From NCBI GenBank assembly GCA_045655065.1, contig JAZOOP010000066.1, forward strand, positions 1 through 56,184: a stretch of 56,184 nt of DNA. The letters run 5' to 3'. Below are positions 26,365 to 36,586 of this stretch, piece by piece. The notes under the pieces are model-generated. The model saw only the letters and a list, made by a program, of their open reading frames with translations, made no database searches and was not told the DNA's origin. This DNA is from Christensenellaceae bacterium. GTDB lineage: Bacteria > Bacillota > Clostridia > Christensenellales > Borkfalkiaceae. Positions within the stretch are counted from its first letter, which is position 1; every line of letters begins with the position of its first letter. The translations under genes and the position numbers were made by a program.

Positions 26365-26393
26365 TTGACTAGCAACTTTTTCACTGTTATAAT
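26365..26393 (+). promoter_or_regulatory. Sigma-A promoter of zinc-ribbon membrane gene 1
   Basis: TTGACT, a 17-nt spacer, then TATAAT. Confidence 0.6.
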
Positions 26394-26434
26394 ATACATA
26401 TATTAATACTTATACAATGTTCAAAGGAGAAAAA

Positions 26435-26782
26435 ATGTACTGTAGAATTTGTGGAAAAGAGATAAACGACCAAGCAGTTATTTGCCCACATTGCGGATGC
26501 GCAACTAAGGAAACACCAATTCAACCTACCAGAAGTAAACAATTAAACGTATTATCTTTACTAGGCTTTATTTTTTCATTAGTTAGTTTATTAATAGCGC
26601 TTTTTGGTTCGGTTGCCCTAGCAGGTTTAATATGCTCTATACTAGGTCTTGTTCAAACAAAAAATAATACTCAACAATTTGGAAAAGGGTTTGCAATTGC
26701 AGGTATTTGCGTTTCTGTAGGCTCTCTTGCATATACCGTTTACGTAGTAATGATTTATTACATTTTATTAATGGGCGTATAA
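26435..26782 (+). CDS. Zinc-ribbon (CxxC-x14-CxxC) membrane protein, paralog 1
   Basis: MYCRICGKEINDQAVICPHCGC followed by two or three TM helices. The ATG at 26435 is preceded by AAAGGAG. About 60% identical to 27170..27523. Confidence 0.75.
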   Translation: MYCRICGKEINDQAVICPHCGCATKETPIQPTRSKQLNVLSLLGFIFSLVSLLIALFGSVALAGLICSILGLVQTKNNTQQFGKGFAIAGICVSVGSLAYTVYVVMIYYILLMGV

Positions 26783-26812
26783 AAACTAATTACCTATAGT
26801 TATATAAAAACT

Positions 26813-26840
26813 AAAACGCAAGCAAACGCTTGCGTTTTTT
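26813..26840 (+). terminator. Terminator after zinc-ribbon gene 1
   Basis: ACGCAAGC-aaac-GCTTGCGT perfect stem followed by TTTTTT. Confidence 0.75.
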
Positions 26841-26884
26841 CTAGTCAATTATATGCTCTACTAAAGGCTCTTTAATTATATTTT

Positions 26885-27091
26885 TTATTTATTTATTTTT
26901 GGGTTTTCCGTTCGTTCCAATAAATAATCTATAGACACGTTAAAATAATCGGCAAAAGCAATTAAAGTTTTGTAATCTGCTTCTCTTTGCCCATTTTCGT
27001 ACCTGCTAATACTATTTTGATTCATATTCAAATCCATCGCCATTTTTAACTGCGATATTTTTCTGCTTTTTCTTAAAACTTTTAATCTCAT
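26885..27091 (-). CDS. XRE-family HTH regulator (68 aa)
   Basis: The sequence ISQLKMAMDLNMNQNSISRYENGQREADYKTLIAFADYFNVSIDYLL matches HTH_3. It is divergent from zinc-ribbon gene 2. Confidence 0.85.
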   Translation of the reverse strand: MRLKVLRKSRKISQLKMAMDLNMNQNSISRYENGQREADYKTLIAFADYFNVSIDYLLERTENPKINK

Positions 27092-27095
27092 ATCC

Positions 27096-27124
27096 TTGAC
27101 ATAATTATACCAACTTGGTATAAT
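27096..27124 (+). promoter_or_regulatory. Sigma-A promoter of zinc-ribbon gene 2 with an overlapping palindromic operator
   Basis: TTGACA, a 17-nt spacer, then TATAAT. ATACCAA-c-TTGGTAT (27107-27121) spans the spacer and -10. An extra TTGGTAT half-site lies at 27139-27145. Confidence 0.6.
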
Positions 27125-27169
27125 AAATATATCCCGTTTTGGTATATTACATTAAGGAGAAATATAAAA

Positions 27170-27523
27170 ATGTTTTGTAAAGTTTGTGGAAAAGAAATTA
27201 ACGACCAAGCAGTTGTTTGCCCAAATTGTGGGTGTGCCATAAGCGACACCCCAATTCAACAACCAACCGAAGAAAAAAAGCAAAAAGTTAACGTATTAGC
27301 CATTGTAGGTTTTGTTCTTTCTCTTGCAAGTTTGCTTTTAGCACTTTGGGGCACAGTTGCTATTGCTGGTTTAGTTTGTTCTATAATAGGTTTAGTTCAA
27401 ATAAAAAATAGCGACCAAGGTGGACGTGGACTTGCAATTGCAGGTATTTGCGTTTCTGTAGGCTCTCTTGCATACACGTGTTATAGTTTAATAACCTTAC
27501 TAACTATTTTAGGTTCATTATAA
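27170..27523 (+). CDS. Zinc-ribbon membrane protein, paralog 2
   Basis: MFCKVCGKEINDQAVVCPNCGC followed by TM helices. AAGGAG RBS. Confidence 0.8.
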   Translation: MFCKVCGKEINDQAVVCPNCGCAISDTPIQQPTEEKKQKVNVLAIVGFVLSLASLLLALWGTVAIAGLVCSIIGLVQIKNSDQGGRGLAIAGICVSVGSLAYTCYSLITLLTILGSL

Positions 27524-27552
27524 TATTTAATTATAATTTTATTACACAAAAA

Positions 27553-27574
27553 ACTCGGCTAAAATTAGCCGAGT
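27553..27574. terminator. Bidirectional terminator between zinc-ribbon gene 2 and rny
   Basis: ACTCGGCTAA..TTAGCCGAGT stem with an A-run and a T-run on either side. Confidence 0.75.
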
Positions 27575-27595
27575 TTCTTTTTTTAGTTTATTTAA

Positions 27596-29203
27596 TTATT
27601 TTGCGTATTCGGTTGCACGCCACTCTCTTATAACGTTAACCTTAATTTGACCAGGATATTCCATTTCTTGTTCAATTTTCTTTGCAATATCTTTTGCTAA
27701 GAATAAGGTTTGAGCATCGTCTATTTGTTCTGGTTTAACCATTACACGAACTTCTCTGCCCGCTTGAATAGCATAGCACTTTTCAACACCCTTAAAGCTT
27801 GAAGAAATTTCTTCTAACTTTTGTAATCTCTTAACGTAGTTAGTAGTAGTTTCCCTTCTAGCGCCAGGTCTTGCGCCTGAAATAGAGTCTGCCGCTTGAA
27901 CTAAAATTGCTTCAATGGTTTTAGGCTCTACGTCGCCGTGGTGAGCAAGTATTGCGTTTACTACAAGGTGATTTTCTTTATATTTTTTAGCAATATCGCC
28001 ACCAATTTGCATATGCGTACCTTCTATTTCAAAGTCTACTGCTTTGCCAAGGTCGTGTAATAAGCCAGCGCGTTTAGCAAGGTTTACGTCTACACCAAGT
28101 TCGGTTGCCATAAGGCCTGCCAAACGAGAAACTTCTATAGAGTGTTTTAATACGTTTTGGCCATAACTTGTACGGAATTTTAACCTACCCAAAGTTTTAA
28201 TAATTTCTGGGTGTAAGCCGAAAATTCCACATTCAAACATAGCAGATTCGCCTGCTTCTTTAATTTGTTGTTCTAATTCTTTTTTAACTTTTTCAACTGT
28301 TTCTTCAATTCTAGCAGGGTGAATTCTGCCGTCTTGAATAAGTTTTTCTAACGCAATTTTTGCAACTTCCCTTCTAACAGGGTCAAAGCCAGAAACAATA
28401 ACTACTTGTGGCGTATCGTCTATAATTAACTCTATACCGGTAGCGTTTTCTAACGTTCTAATGTTTCTACCTTCTCTACCAATAATTCTTGCCTTCATAT
28501 CGTCGGAAGGAAGTGGTACAACCGAAACTGTAATTTCAGTTGCTTGTTCTGAACTACATTTTTGAATTGCTAAACTAACTATTTCTTTAGCCTTTCTTTC
28601 GCCTTCTTCTTTGGCTTCGGCTTCTATGTTTTTAACCATACCAGCAGCATCACGCCTAGCATCTTCTAAAATGTTTTCTATTAGTTGTGCCTTGGCTTCT
28701 TCTTTGCTTAGTTGAGCAATTTTTTCAAACTCGGCAATCATTTTGTCGTGTTGTTCGCCAATTTCAGTTAACTTTTTGTCTAGTTCAGTTTCTTTTTGTT
28801 TAAGAACGTTTTGTTGCCTTGTTGTTTCTTCGTTTCGTTTAAGAAGAATTTCTTCCTTCTTGTCTAAACTTTCTTCTTTTTGGTTAAGTCTGTTTTCAAT
28901 TCGTTGAAACTCTGCACGTTTTTCTTTACTTTCACGCTCAAAGTCGTTACGAAGTTTTAACTCCTGTTCTTTTGCCTCTAAAATTGCCTCTTTCTTAATT
29001 TTTCTGCTTTCTTCTCTAGCATCATCAAGCATTTTATCGGTAACTTCTTTAATGTCGCCTTGCTTTTTCTTGAAAGAATTGTTTTTTAAAAACCATCCAA
29101 TTAAAACGCCAACAGTGGCAAACACTATTGCCACTATAACCGCAATTAAAATAACGGTTGCGTCTACTGCCAAGAACAGGGAGCCGTAGTTAAAATTTTG
29201 CAT
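27596..29203 (-). CDS. rny: Ribonuclease Y
   Basis: N-terminal TM helix, a long coiled-coil, a KH domain ([10 protein letters not shown]) and an HD domain (HDLGK). Confidence 0.95.
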   Translation of the reverse strand: MQNFNYGSLFLAVDATVILIAVIVAIVFATVGVLIGWFLKNNSFKKKQGDIKEVTDKMLDDAREESRKIKKEAILEAKEQELKLRNDFERESKEKRAEFQRIENRLNQKEESLDKKEEILLKRNEETTRQQNVLKQKETELDKKLTEIGEQHDKMIAEFEKIAQLSKEEAKAQLIENILEDARRDAAGMVKNIEAEAKEEGERKAKEIVSLAIQKCSSEQATEITVSVVPLPSDDMKARIIGREGRNIRTLENATGIELIIDDTPQVVIVSGFDPVRREVAKIALEKLIQDGRIHPARIEETVEKVKKELEQQIKEAGESAMFECGIFGLHPEIIKTLGRLKFRTSYGQNVLKHSIEVSRLAGLMATELGVDVNLAKRAGLLHDLGKAVDFEIEGTHMQIGGDIAKKYKENHLVVNAILAHHGDVEPKTIEAILVQAADSISGARPGARRETTTNYVKRLQKLEEISSSFKGVEKCYAIQAGREVRVMVKPEQIDDAQTLFLAKDIAKKIEQEMEYPGQIKVNVIREWRATEYAK

Positions 29204-29302
29204 ATTTAATGCCCTCCTGTTTTTATTTGTTAAAGCCGTGCTTAACGGCTTTTATTTACTAACTATATTTTATACCTTTATATAAAAAATGTCAATCTTT
29301 TC

Positions 29303-30301
29303 TTATTGTTTGCCACTCTTAAAGGCTTCTAAAATTCTATTTTTAACGTTTTTGGCAATTTCTGGGTTGTTTTCTAAATAGTTAACTGCGTTTTCTCGGC
29401 CTTGAGCAATTTTTTCGCCGTCAATAGAGAACCAAGAGCCACTCTTTGTAACTATTTCGTATTGTAAACCTAAGTCTATTAAACAACTGCCGTTAGAGAT
29501 ACCCTTGCCATAAATAATATCAAACTCTGCCGTTTTAAATGGTGGAGCAACCTTGTTTTTAACAACCTTTGCTTTTGTGTGGTTGCCGTATGCATTAGCG
29601 CCGTCTTTTAAGGCATCTGCCTTTCTAACGTCTATACGAACACTTGCATAGAATTTAAGCGCTTTACCACCTGCTGTAACTTCTGGGTTACCAAACATAA
29701 CGCCAACCTTTTCACGAAGTTGGTTAATAAAAATAATACAGGTTTTAGATTTAGATGCTATTGCAGTTAGTTTTCTTAACGCTTGGCTCATTAATCTTGC
29801 TTGTAACCCAACGTGAGAATCGCCCATATCCCCTTCAATTTCCGCACGTGGGGTTAAGGCTGCAACAGAGTCTACAACGATAATATCTACTGCCTTACTA
29901 TTTACCAATGAAGCAGTAATATCTAAGGCTTGTTCGCCGTTATCTGGTTGAGAAACGTACAAAGTATCTAAATCAACACCTAAGTTTTTAGCATAAACAG
30001 GGTCTAGGGCGTGTTCAGCATCTATAAACGCTGCAATACCACCCGCCTTTTGCGTTTCGGCAATAGCGTGTAATGCTACCGTTGTTTTACCAGAAGATTC
30101 TGGTCCGTAAATTTCAATAATTCTACCCCTAGGGAAACCACCTACGCCAACTGCTAAGTCTAAAGATAAACAACCTGATGGCAACACTTCTATGTTAGTA
30201 TCGCCTGCAGTTTGACCTAAACGCATAATTGCGCCTTTACCAAATTGTTTTTCAATTTGAGCAAGCACTCCGTCTAGTGCTTTTATTTTTGCATCATCCA
30301 T
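29303..30301 (-). CDS. recA: Recombinase A
   Basis: GPESSGKTT Walker A and full-length RecA sequence. Confidence 0.97.
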   Translation of the reverse strand: MDDAKIKALDGVLAQIEKQFGKGAIMRLGQTAGDTNIEVLPSGCLSLDLAVGVGGFPRGRIIEIYGPESSGKTTVALHAIAETQKAGGIAAFIDAEHALDPVYAKNLGVDLDTLYVSQPDNGEQALDITASLVNSKAVDIIVVDSVAALTPRAEIEGDMGDSHVGLQARLMSQALRKLTAIASKSKTCIIFINQLREKVGVMFGNPEVTAGGKALKFYASVRIDVRKADALKDGANAYGNHTKAKVVKNKVAPPFKTAEFDIIYGKGISNGSCLIDLGLQYEIVTKSGSWFSIDGEKIAQGRENAVNYLENNPEIAKNVKNRILEAFKSGKQ

Positions 30302-30313
30302 AATAAATTCCTC

Positions 30314-31513
30314 TTATAAATTTTTTAGTTTTTTTATTACCAAAAACAACGCGTTATTTTTTGCTGTTTCTGTTATTTCTTCTCTCGTACCCGTTAAATT
30401 TAACTTATACGAGTGTATTCCATCTTTAAGTCCTATACCAATATAGGCAAGCCCCACGGGTTTAGTTTCCGTTTCCCCCGTTGGCCCTGCAATCCCCGTA
30501 GTTGAAACTGCAATATCGCAGTTACCTTCCATTAAAAGCCCCAATGCCATTTCGTAGGCTACTCTAGAACTAACTGCACCTTCATTTTCTAGGCTTTCTT
30601 TTTTTACACCTAATCTTTTTTGTTTGCTTTCGTTAGAATAACAAACAATACCTTCTACTAAAAATTCCGATGCCCCGTTATTTTTAATAATTTCGCTAGC
30701 CACTCTACCGCCCGTAAAAGATTCGGCAGTAGAAATTCTTACTCTTCTTAACTTTAATAAATCAAAAACTCTTTCACCTAAACTAACGTCGTATTCAGCG
30801 TAAAGAATATCTTTAAATTTTTCTACTATAGCCCTAACTACTTCGTTAATTTCTTTTCTTGGTAAATTACCTTCAAACAACAAGTCTATTTTGCAATCTC
30901 CAAAAGAAGAAGAAACGAAAAACTTAAAAACGTTGTTTTGTTTTTGAATTTCTGCTAACCCCTTTTCTATTAGTGTTTTGCTACCAAAACACTTAAGCGT
31001 TAGCCTTTCTACAACCCTGCCGTGTTTTGTTTCTAAATAAGGTAGAACGTATTCAACACACATAGAAAGTAGTTGTTCTTTTTCGCTAGGTAAAAAAGCA
31101 ATAGAAAACTCGTTTTCTTCACATAAAAAGCCTTGTAAAACACCTTTTTTATTAGGCACTATAGTTGCCTCGTTAGGCATAAGAGCATATTCGTTAGAAT
31201 ATTCTACTCCGTTTTTAACACCTAAATCTTTAACTAATTCTAGCGCCGTTTCGTTTTCTACTAACACAGTATCTAATTCTTCGGCAATAAGTTCTTTAAT
31301 CTTATTAGAATTTTTAGAACACAATACTATAAGGTTAGTAAACCTTTCTCTAAAATAACCAAGCCTTTTTTTAAATTCAAGTTCATCTTCTAACTTTAGC
31401 GTTTCAATAATATCTACGCCTATTCCAGAAAGCCTAAACTCGTTAATTAAATCTTCAATATAGTCGTTTACTTTGTCAAACGATTGGCGAAAGGTTATAA
31501 TAGCCGTTTTCAT
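30314..31513 (-). CDS. cinA: CinA-family protein (divergent N-terminal domain plus C-terminal nicotinamide-nucleotide amidase domain)
   Basis: TAESFTGGRVAS and VSTTGIAGP motifs of the CinA C-terminal domain, in the conserved pgsA-cinA-recA order. Confidence 0.8.
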   Translation of the reverse strand: MKTAIITFRQSFDKVNDYIEDLINEFRLSGIGVDIIETLKLEDELEFKKRLGYFRERFTNLIVLCSKNSNKIKELIAEELDTVLVENETALELVKDLGVKNGVEYSNEYALMPNEATIVPNKKGVLQGFLCEENEFSIAFLPSEKEQLLSMCVEYVLPYLETKHGRVVERLTLKCFGSKTLIEKGLAEIQKQNNVFKFFVSSSFGDCKIDLLFEGNLPRKEINEVVRAIVEKFKDILYAEYDVSLGERVFDLLKLRRVRISTAESFTGGRVASEIIKNNGASEFLVEGIVCYSNESKQKRLGVKKESLENEGAVSSRVAYEMALGLLMEGNCDIAVSTTGIAGPTGETETKPVGLAYIGIGLKDGIHSYKLNLTGTREEITETAKNNALFLVIKKLKNL

Positions 31514-31519
31514 TTTAGT

Positions 31520-32095
31520 TTATTTTTCTTCCTTTAATACGTCTATATTTTTAGCCATGCATTCAACGCCCGAAATAATAGTTAATAGTACAGAAATTCC
31601 AAATGCAATTAGCCCAATTATGTTTATAATTGAAAAACTTTGTGGCATAACGGAAGCGCCAACTAATAAAACTACTATTGCAATATCTTGAACGAAAGTT
31701 TTAATTTTACCAGCCATATCGGCAGAAATTACTTTGTTTTTGTTAGATGCTATTAGCCTAAAGCCACTAATAACTAAATCTCTGCAAATAATAATTGCAA
31801 CACCTATGCTACAATACCAAGGTAAAATAACAACCCCACTATTAGGTAAAAGCATTATAATTAGTGCAGAAGAAACTAAAGCCTTATCTGCAATAGGGTC
31901 TAAAAACTTACCGAAGTTAGTAACAAGGTTATATTTTCTTGCAATATAGCCGTCTAAAAAGTCTGTAATAGCGGCAAGCGCAAACACTACTGCAGAAATT
32001 AAATAGTTATATGGTATAGCAGTTATATAAAATACTGCAATAAACACTGGTATTAATATTAAACGTAAAACTGTTAGTTTGTTTGGTAAATTCAT
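31520..32095 (-). CDS. pgsA: CDP-diacylglycerol--glycerol-3-phosphate 3-phosphatidyltransferase
   Basis: DGxxARxxxxxxxxGxxxDPxxD motif (DFLDGYIARKYNLVTNFGKFLDPIADK). Confidence 0.92.
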   Translation of the reverse strand: MNLPNKLTVLRLILIPVFIAVFYITAIPYNYLISAVVFALAAITDFLDGYIARKYNLVTNFGKFLDPIADKALVSSALIIMLLPNSGVVILPWYCSIGVAIIICRDLVISGFRLIASNKNKVISADMAGKIKTFVQDIAIVVLLVGASVMPQSFSIINIIGLIAFGISVLLTIISGVECMAKNIDVLKEEK

Positions 32096-33426
32096 AATAT
32101 TTCTCCGTAAAAATCGTAATCTGTAAAACCTGTAATTTTAACTTTATAATACTTGCCGAACACAATTTCTTTCTTAGAAAAGAAATAAATTTTGCCATCT
32201 ATATCTGGAGCATTAAAATATGCCCTTCCGTAGTATATAAAATTATTTTCATCAAACCCTTCGGCTAAAACTTCAATGCTAAAGCCAATTAAACTCTTTG
32301 CTCTTTCTTTAACAACCTTTTTCTGTGTTGAATAAAGTTTTTTAAGCCTTTTTTGTTTAACTTTATTTTCTATATGACCTTCTAATTTATCGGCAGGGGT
32401 ATCTTTTTCTCGGCTATAGGCAAAAAAGCCAACGTTAGAAAGTTTAGTTTCTTTAATAAAGTTTACTAAATTGTTAAAAGCCGTTTCATCTTCGTTAGGG
32501 AAACCCGTAATAAAGGTAGAACGAATTGCAATATTAGGTATTTCTTCCCTTAATTTATTAATTAAGTCTAAGTAACTTTGGTATGTTCCACGCCTATTCA
32601 TAAGTTTAAGCACCTTATCGTCGGCATGTTGCAAAGGAATATCTAAATACTTAATAACCTTTTCGTTAGTTTTAATTTCTTCAATTAGTTCGCTAGTTAT
32701 GTTTTCTGGGTAGCAATATAACAGCCTAATTTTTTTAACGTTTTTTAAATTTGAAAGGCTTTTAATTAACCCAACTAAATTAGTGCCGTTATTTAAATCT
32801 TCGCCGTAACGAGTTACGTCTTGGGCAACTAAAATAAGTTCGCTAACCCTACCTAAACACTTTGCCTCAGCAATTAGTTTTTCTTGTGGGGTAGACCTAA
32901 ATTTACCACGAATTTTAGGAATTAAACAATATGTACAATGGTTAGAACACCCGTCTGCAATTTTTAAATATGCATAATTTTTAGTAGTTAATACCCTTTT
33001 CGTGCCACGTTCCTTTCTAGGCTCGCCAACGGCATTTACTCTTTCACCTAAATAAATTTTATCTATAACCCCGTTAATTTTAGAATAATCGGAAACACCT
33101 AAAAAAGCATCTACCTCCACTAGTTCGTTAAATATTTCATTTATAAACTTTTGTGGCAAACACCCTGTAACTATAATTTTTTCTAAACCCTGTTTTTTTA
33201 GTTGTGCCACCCTTAATATTTCTAAAATGGCTTCTTTTCTGCTACTTTCTAAAAAAGCACAAGTGTTTATAACTATTATTTGGGCATTTTCTTCTTCTGC
33301 AACTAGGGTATGTTTTTTGCTCAAAATTGCAAGCATTTTTTCGGTATCTACCCTATTTTTATCGCACCCAAGCGAAATTACGCCTATTTTTTTACCTTTA
33401 CACATAATTTTCTGGCATACTGCCAA
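32092..33426 (-). CDS. rimO: Ribosomal protein S12 methylthiotransferase RimO (radical SAM MTTase)
   Basis: UPF0004 N-domain (GCDKNRVDTE), radical-SAM CxxxCxxC (CSNHCTYC) and a C-terminal TRAM domain. The start is uncertain; alternative ATG at 33405. Confidence 0.85.
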   Translation of the reverse strand: MAVCQKIMCKGKKIGVISLGCDKNRVDTEKMLAILSKKHTLVAEEENAQIIVINTCAFLESSRKEAILEILRVAQLKKQGLEKIIVTGCLPQKFINEIFNELVEVDAFLGVSDYSKINGVIDKIYLGERVNAVGEPRKERGTKRVLTTKNYAYLKIADGCSNHCTYCLIPKIRGKFRSTPQEKLIAEAKCLGRVSELILVAQDVTRYGEDLNNGTNLVGLIKSLSNLKNVKKIRLLYCYPENITSELIEEIKTNEKVIKYLDIPLQHADDKVLKLMNRRGTYQSYLDLINKLREEIPNIAIRSTFITGFPNEDETAFNNLVNFIKETKLSNVGFFAYSREKDTPADKLEGHIENKVKQKRLKKLYSTQKKVVKERAKSLIGFSIEVLAEGFDENNFIYYGRAYFNAPDIDGKIYFFSKKEIVFGKYYKVKITGFTDYDFYGEIL

Positions 33427-36400
33427 ACCTTTCTATAAATTCTTCTCTAGTAATTAAAATTCTTCTTACGCCTCTACCACCTTCGTTAGGTGAAACAAAC
33501 CTCATTTGTTCCATTCTATCTACTATACCACCAGCCCTATTAAAGCCTATTTGATATCTTCTTTGTAGCGCAGAAATAGATATCCCACCAGAAGTTATTG
33601 CAAACGCCAATGCTTTTAAGAAGAAATCGTCTATTTCAGGGTTGTCTTCACTAGTGCTAGAAACGGCTGTTTCTTCTACTTTAGGTGCAGTTGCTCTTTC
33701 TAAATAACTTGCAAGGTCATCGTCAAAATAAGCCTTGTTGTTTTCTATAATATACTTAATTATGCTATAAACTTCGCTACTAGAAATAAACGCACCTTGG
33801 TATCTTTCACTATCAGACATAGTAGAGTTTTTATACAACATATCGCCGTTACCAAGTAGTTTTTCTGCGCCCTTGCTATCTAGAATAATAAGTGAATCGG
33901 TATAGTTGCCTACCTTAAACGCAATTCTAGAAGGTAGGTTGGTTTTAATAACACCCGTAACAACGTTTGCAGAAGGTCTTTGTGTAGCCAAAACTACGTG
34001 AATACCAGCAGCACGTGCCTTTTGCGTTAATATTTGAATTTTAACTTCTAAATCTTTCTTAATATTAGCCATTAAATCGCCAAATTCATCTATAACGATT
34101 ACTATTTTTGGCATTTTTGGAACTGTGTCGCTTGCTATATGTTGGTTATATGCAGCAATACCATCTATAAACCCACCTGCTTTTTCAAACATTTCGTAAC
34201 GCCTTTCCATTTCTTCAATAGCCCATTGTAGAACGGCAAGCGTCTTTTTAGGGTCGGTTATAATTTCATCTACCATAAGGTGTGGTATATGTTCGTATTT
34301 ACGCATTTCAATACGTTTAGGGTCTATTAAAATAAACCTAAGTTCTTCTGGGCTATAACGCATTAGTAAACTTACTATCATAACGTTTAGGCAAACGCTT
34401 TTACCTGAACCCGAAGAACCTGCTATTAGGTAGTGTGGGCCTTTAGTTAAATCGTCGTATTTAGATTCGCCAACAATATCTTTACCAAGAGCAAAAATAA
34501 GAGAATCTTGCTTAAAGTTTTGCCCTGCCATACCCATAAGAACTTCTTTTAGCCCTACGGTAACCTTAACTTTGTTTGCAACTTCTATGCCCACTAGGTT
34601 TTTACCTGGGATAGGCGCTTCTATTCTTATGCCGTTTTTAACTGAAAGAGCCATTTGCAAGTCGTCATCATAACCCAAAACCCTTTTTACCGAAACACCC
34701 GCAGGCATTTTTATTTCGTACCTTGTTATAGAAGGACCTTGAATATGGTCTTGTGGCTCTACGTTAATACCAAACTCTTCTAATTTAGCCTTAATGGCTT
34801 CTTTTCTGCCATCGTGGTCTTCTTGAGGTAGGTCGGTTGGTGGAGTGTGGCTTTCTAATAAGTCTAGTGGTGGAGCATAATATTTTCGGTTAATAGGTGG
34901 AATTTCCTTTTTAGGTTGTTCTTCCACAACAGGTTTAGTGCTTTCAAAAGCCCTACTTTCCGTTTTAGGTTGGTAGGTTGGTTCATCAAAAATAGGCTCT
35001 TCCACGTCTTGAATAACAGGCTCTGTTGGTAAAACCCTACTTCTTTCTCTTCTAAACCCAATAGGGTTTTCTTCTGCTTTAGAAGTTTCTTGTTCTTCTT
35101 CCACGTCGTTTGCTAAAGATTGGAACATTCTTTTTGCCCTAGATTCAGTTTCAATAGGTTTTTCTTCTTTCTTTTCGTTTTCAAAAGGAGCATAACTTTC
35201 TTCAACGTGTTTTATTTCTTCCGTTTTAGGTAGTTCTACGTTTTCTTCTACAGCATATTCGCTTTCTTCAGTTTCGTCTACATCGTAAGGCGTATAACTT
35301 TCTTCCACCATATACTTATCGCTAAAACTTTCTGCGTGGGATTTAGCGCTATCGTCGGTAATCTGTTCTTCTTCGTGTGTGTATAACGGAATATTTTCTT
35401 CTATGCCTTTTTCTTCCGGTTCAACTTTAGAAGGCCTACTTATAGGCGAAGAAATAGTTGTGCTCGTTACGGTTGAGTTTTTGTATTTTTCGTTGTTAAG
35501 CGTTTCTTTAACGTTTATTTCGGCAGGGGTTTTAATATAATCTATTTTCTTTTCTATATCTGAAACGTAGGTGTCTTTATACTTTTGTGGAATAGATGCA
35601 ATATTTAGCCCCTTTTCATCTTTATTAAGTTTAATTTTATCTTTATCGCTTTCGTTCTTTAATTCTTTTTTGCTTTTATAATAAAATTTATCTGGGTCGG
35701 TGATAAATAGTTTTTGTGCTGGTTTTTCTTCTTTGTCGTAAGCCTTTAGGTCAACGTCTTCTACAGGGTAATCTACAAGTGGTAAATTACTAATAGGGTC
35801 GTCGCTAGCAGTTTTATCTACGTAACTGCTTTTAAACTTTTCGCTCTTCTTAACAGGCTTTCTTACAGGTTGAATTTTAACTATTCCACCAACGAAAGCA
35901 TATACGTCTAGGCATATTAATAACCCTAAAGCAACGTAACTACCAACGTTAGTTAAAAGTGCCGTTAACGGGTATGCCACTAAACCCACAAATAGCCCAC
36001 CTGCAGAGCAAGTTGCAATACCGCCTTCTGCCATGGTGTAAGATAGCGTTAAATATTCGCCAAAGTCTTTAACCTCAGCACCTGCCATTGATATGGTGTG
36101 CATTAATAACGCAAGTAAAATTACAAAAGAAGAAACGTAAAATTTATTTTTAACGCTTATTCCCGTTTTTTTGCCAGATACCAAAAGTACGCCTATAAAA
36201 ATTAAAAATAGGCAAACCACGTAAGCAAAATACCCAAAACAACCAAATAAGAATGCGTTAATATATTGCCCTGGTAAAGAAAAAAGAGTTTCCCTCGTAA
36301 TAAGGCAAATTGTTGCTAACGTTGAAAATAAAATTAAAACTACACCCATAGTTTCTTTAGTGAAAACGGGTTGTTTTTCGTTGTTTTGTTCGGAATTTCT

Positions 36401-36430
36401 GCCTAGACTGTTCAATTTAGTACCCCACAA
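33398..36430 (-). CDS. ftsK: DNA translocase FtsK/SpoIIIE
   Basis: N-terminal TM helices, a long acidic linker, the motor domain (GSSGSGKS Walker A) and a C-terminal gamma wHTH. The 36430 start is TTG with no visible SD, so the exact start is uncertain. Confidence 0.9.
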   Translation of the reverse strand: MWGTKLNSLGRNSEQNNEKQPVFTKETMGVVLILFSTLATICLITRETLFSLPGQYINAFLFGCFGYFAYVVCLFLIFIGVLLVSGKKTGISVKNKFYVSSFVILLALLMHTISMAGAEVKDFGEYLTLSYTMAEGGIATCSAGGLFVGLVAYPLTALLTNVGSYVALGLLICLDVYAFVGGIVKIQPVRKPVKKSEKFKSSYVDKTASDDPISNLPLVDYPVEDVDLKAYDKEEKPAQKLFITDPDKFYYKSKKELKNESDKDKIKLNKDEKGLNIASIPQKYKDTYVSDIEKKIDYIKTPAEINVKETLNNEKYKNSTVTSTTISSPISRPSKVEPEEKGIEENIPLYTHEEEQITDDSAKSHAESFSDKYMVEESYTPYDVDETEESEYAVEENVELPKTEEIKHVEESYAPFENEKKEEKPIETESRAKRMFQSLANDVEEEQETSKAEENPIGFRRERSRVLPTEPVIQDVEEPIFDEPTYQPKTESRAFESTKPVVEEQPKKEIPPINRKYYAPPLDLLESHTPPTDLPQEDHDGRKEAIKAKLEEFGINVEPQDHIQGPSITRYEIKMPAGVSVKRVLGYDDDLQMALSVKNGIRIEAPIPGKNLVGIEVANKVKVTVGLKEVLMGMAGQNFKQDSLIFALGKDIVGESKYDDLTKGPHYLIAGSSGSGKSVCLNVMIVSLLMRYSPEELRFILIDPKRIEMRKYEHIPHLMVDEIITDPKKTLAVLQWAIEEMERRYEMFEKAGGFIDGIAAYNQHIASDTVPKMPKIVIVIDEFGDLMANIKKDLEVKIQILTQKARAAGIHVVLATQRPSANVVTGVIKTNLPSRIAFKVGNYTDSLIILDSKGAEKLLGNGDMLYKNSTMSDSERYQGAFISSSEVYSIIKYIIENNKAYFDDDLASYLERATAPKVEETAVSSTSEDNPEIDDFFLKALAFAITSGGISISALQRRYQIGFNRAGGIVDRMEQMRFVSPNEGGRGVRRILITREEFIERFGSMPENYV

Positions 36431-36522
36431 ATAATTATTCTATTTTATTATACCAAACGAATTGCTTTTTTACAAGACTTTTATAAATATTATTTATAAA
36501 AACTGCAAAATAAAACAAAAAA

Positions 36523-36556
36523 ACCAACGGCGTTTTTTATTTAACTTTCCGTTGGT
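36523..36556 (-). terminator. Terminator downstream of the DUF164 gene
   Basis: ACCAACGG...CCGTTGGT stem. On the minus strand it is followed by TTTTTTTTGTTTT. Confidence 0.6.
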
Positions 36557-36586
36557 TATTATGCTTTTATTTAATTTTGTTAAACG

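Noticed and set aside
29204-31520. SOS (Cheo/LexA, GAAC-N4-GTTC) boxes upstream of recA/cinA, and likewise upstream of uvrB.
   Set aside because: I found none by eye in the short intergenic gaps (cinA-recA 12 nt; pgsA-cinA 6 nt) or in 48326-48420. The CGAAC...GTTCG strings at 14144 and 17455 are terminator stems with 14-nt spacing. I could not do an exhaustive motif scan.
32007-32198. A 63-aa minus-strand ORF spanning the rimO/pgsA junction. The same applies to the similar small ORFs at 3655-3960, 11438-11620, 31473-31691, 36462-36680 and 38052-38309.
   Set aside because: Each overlaps a well-supported conserved gene in another frame or on the other strand. They have low-complexity, hydrophobic AT-rich-codon products and no RBS.
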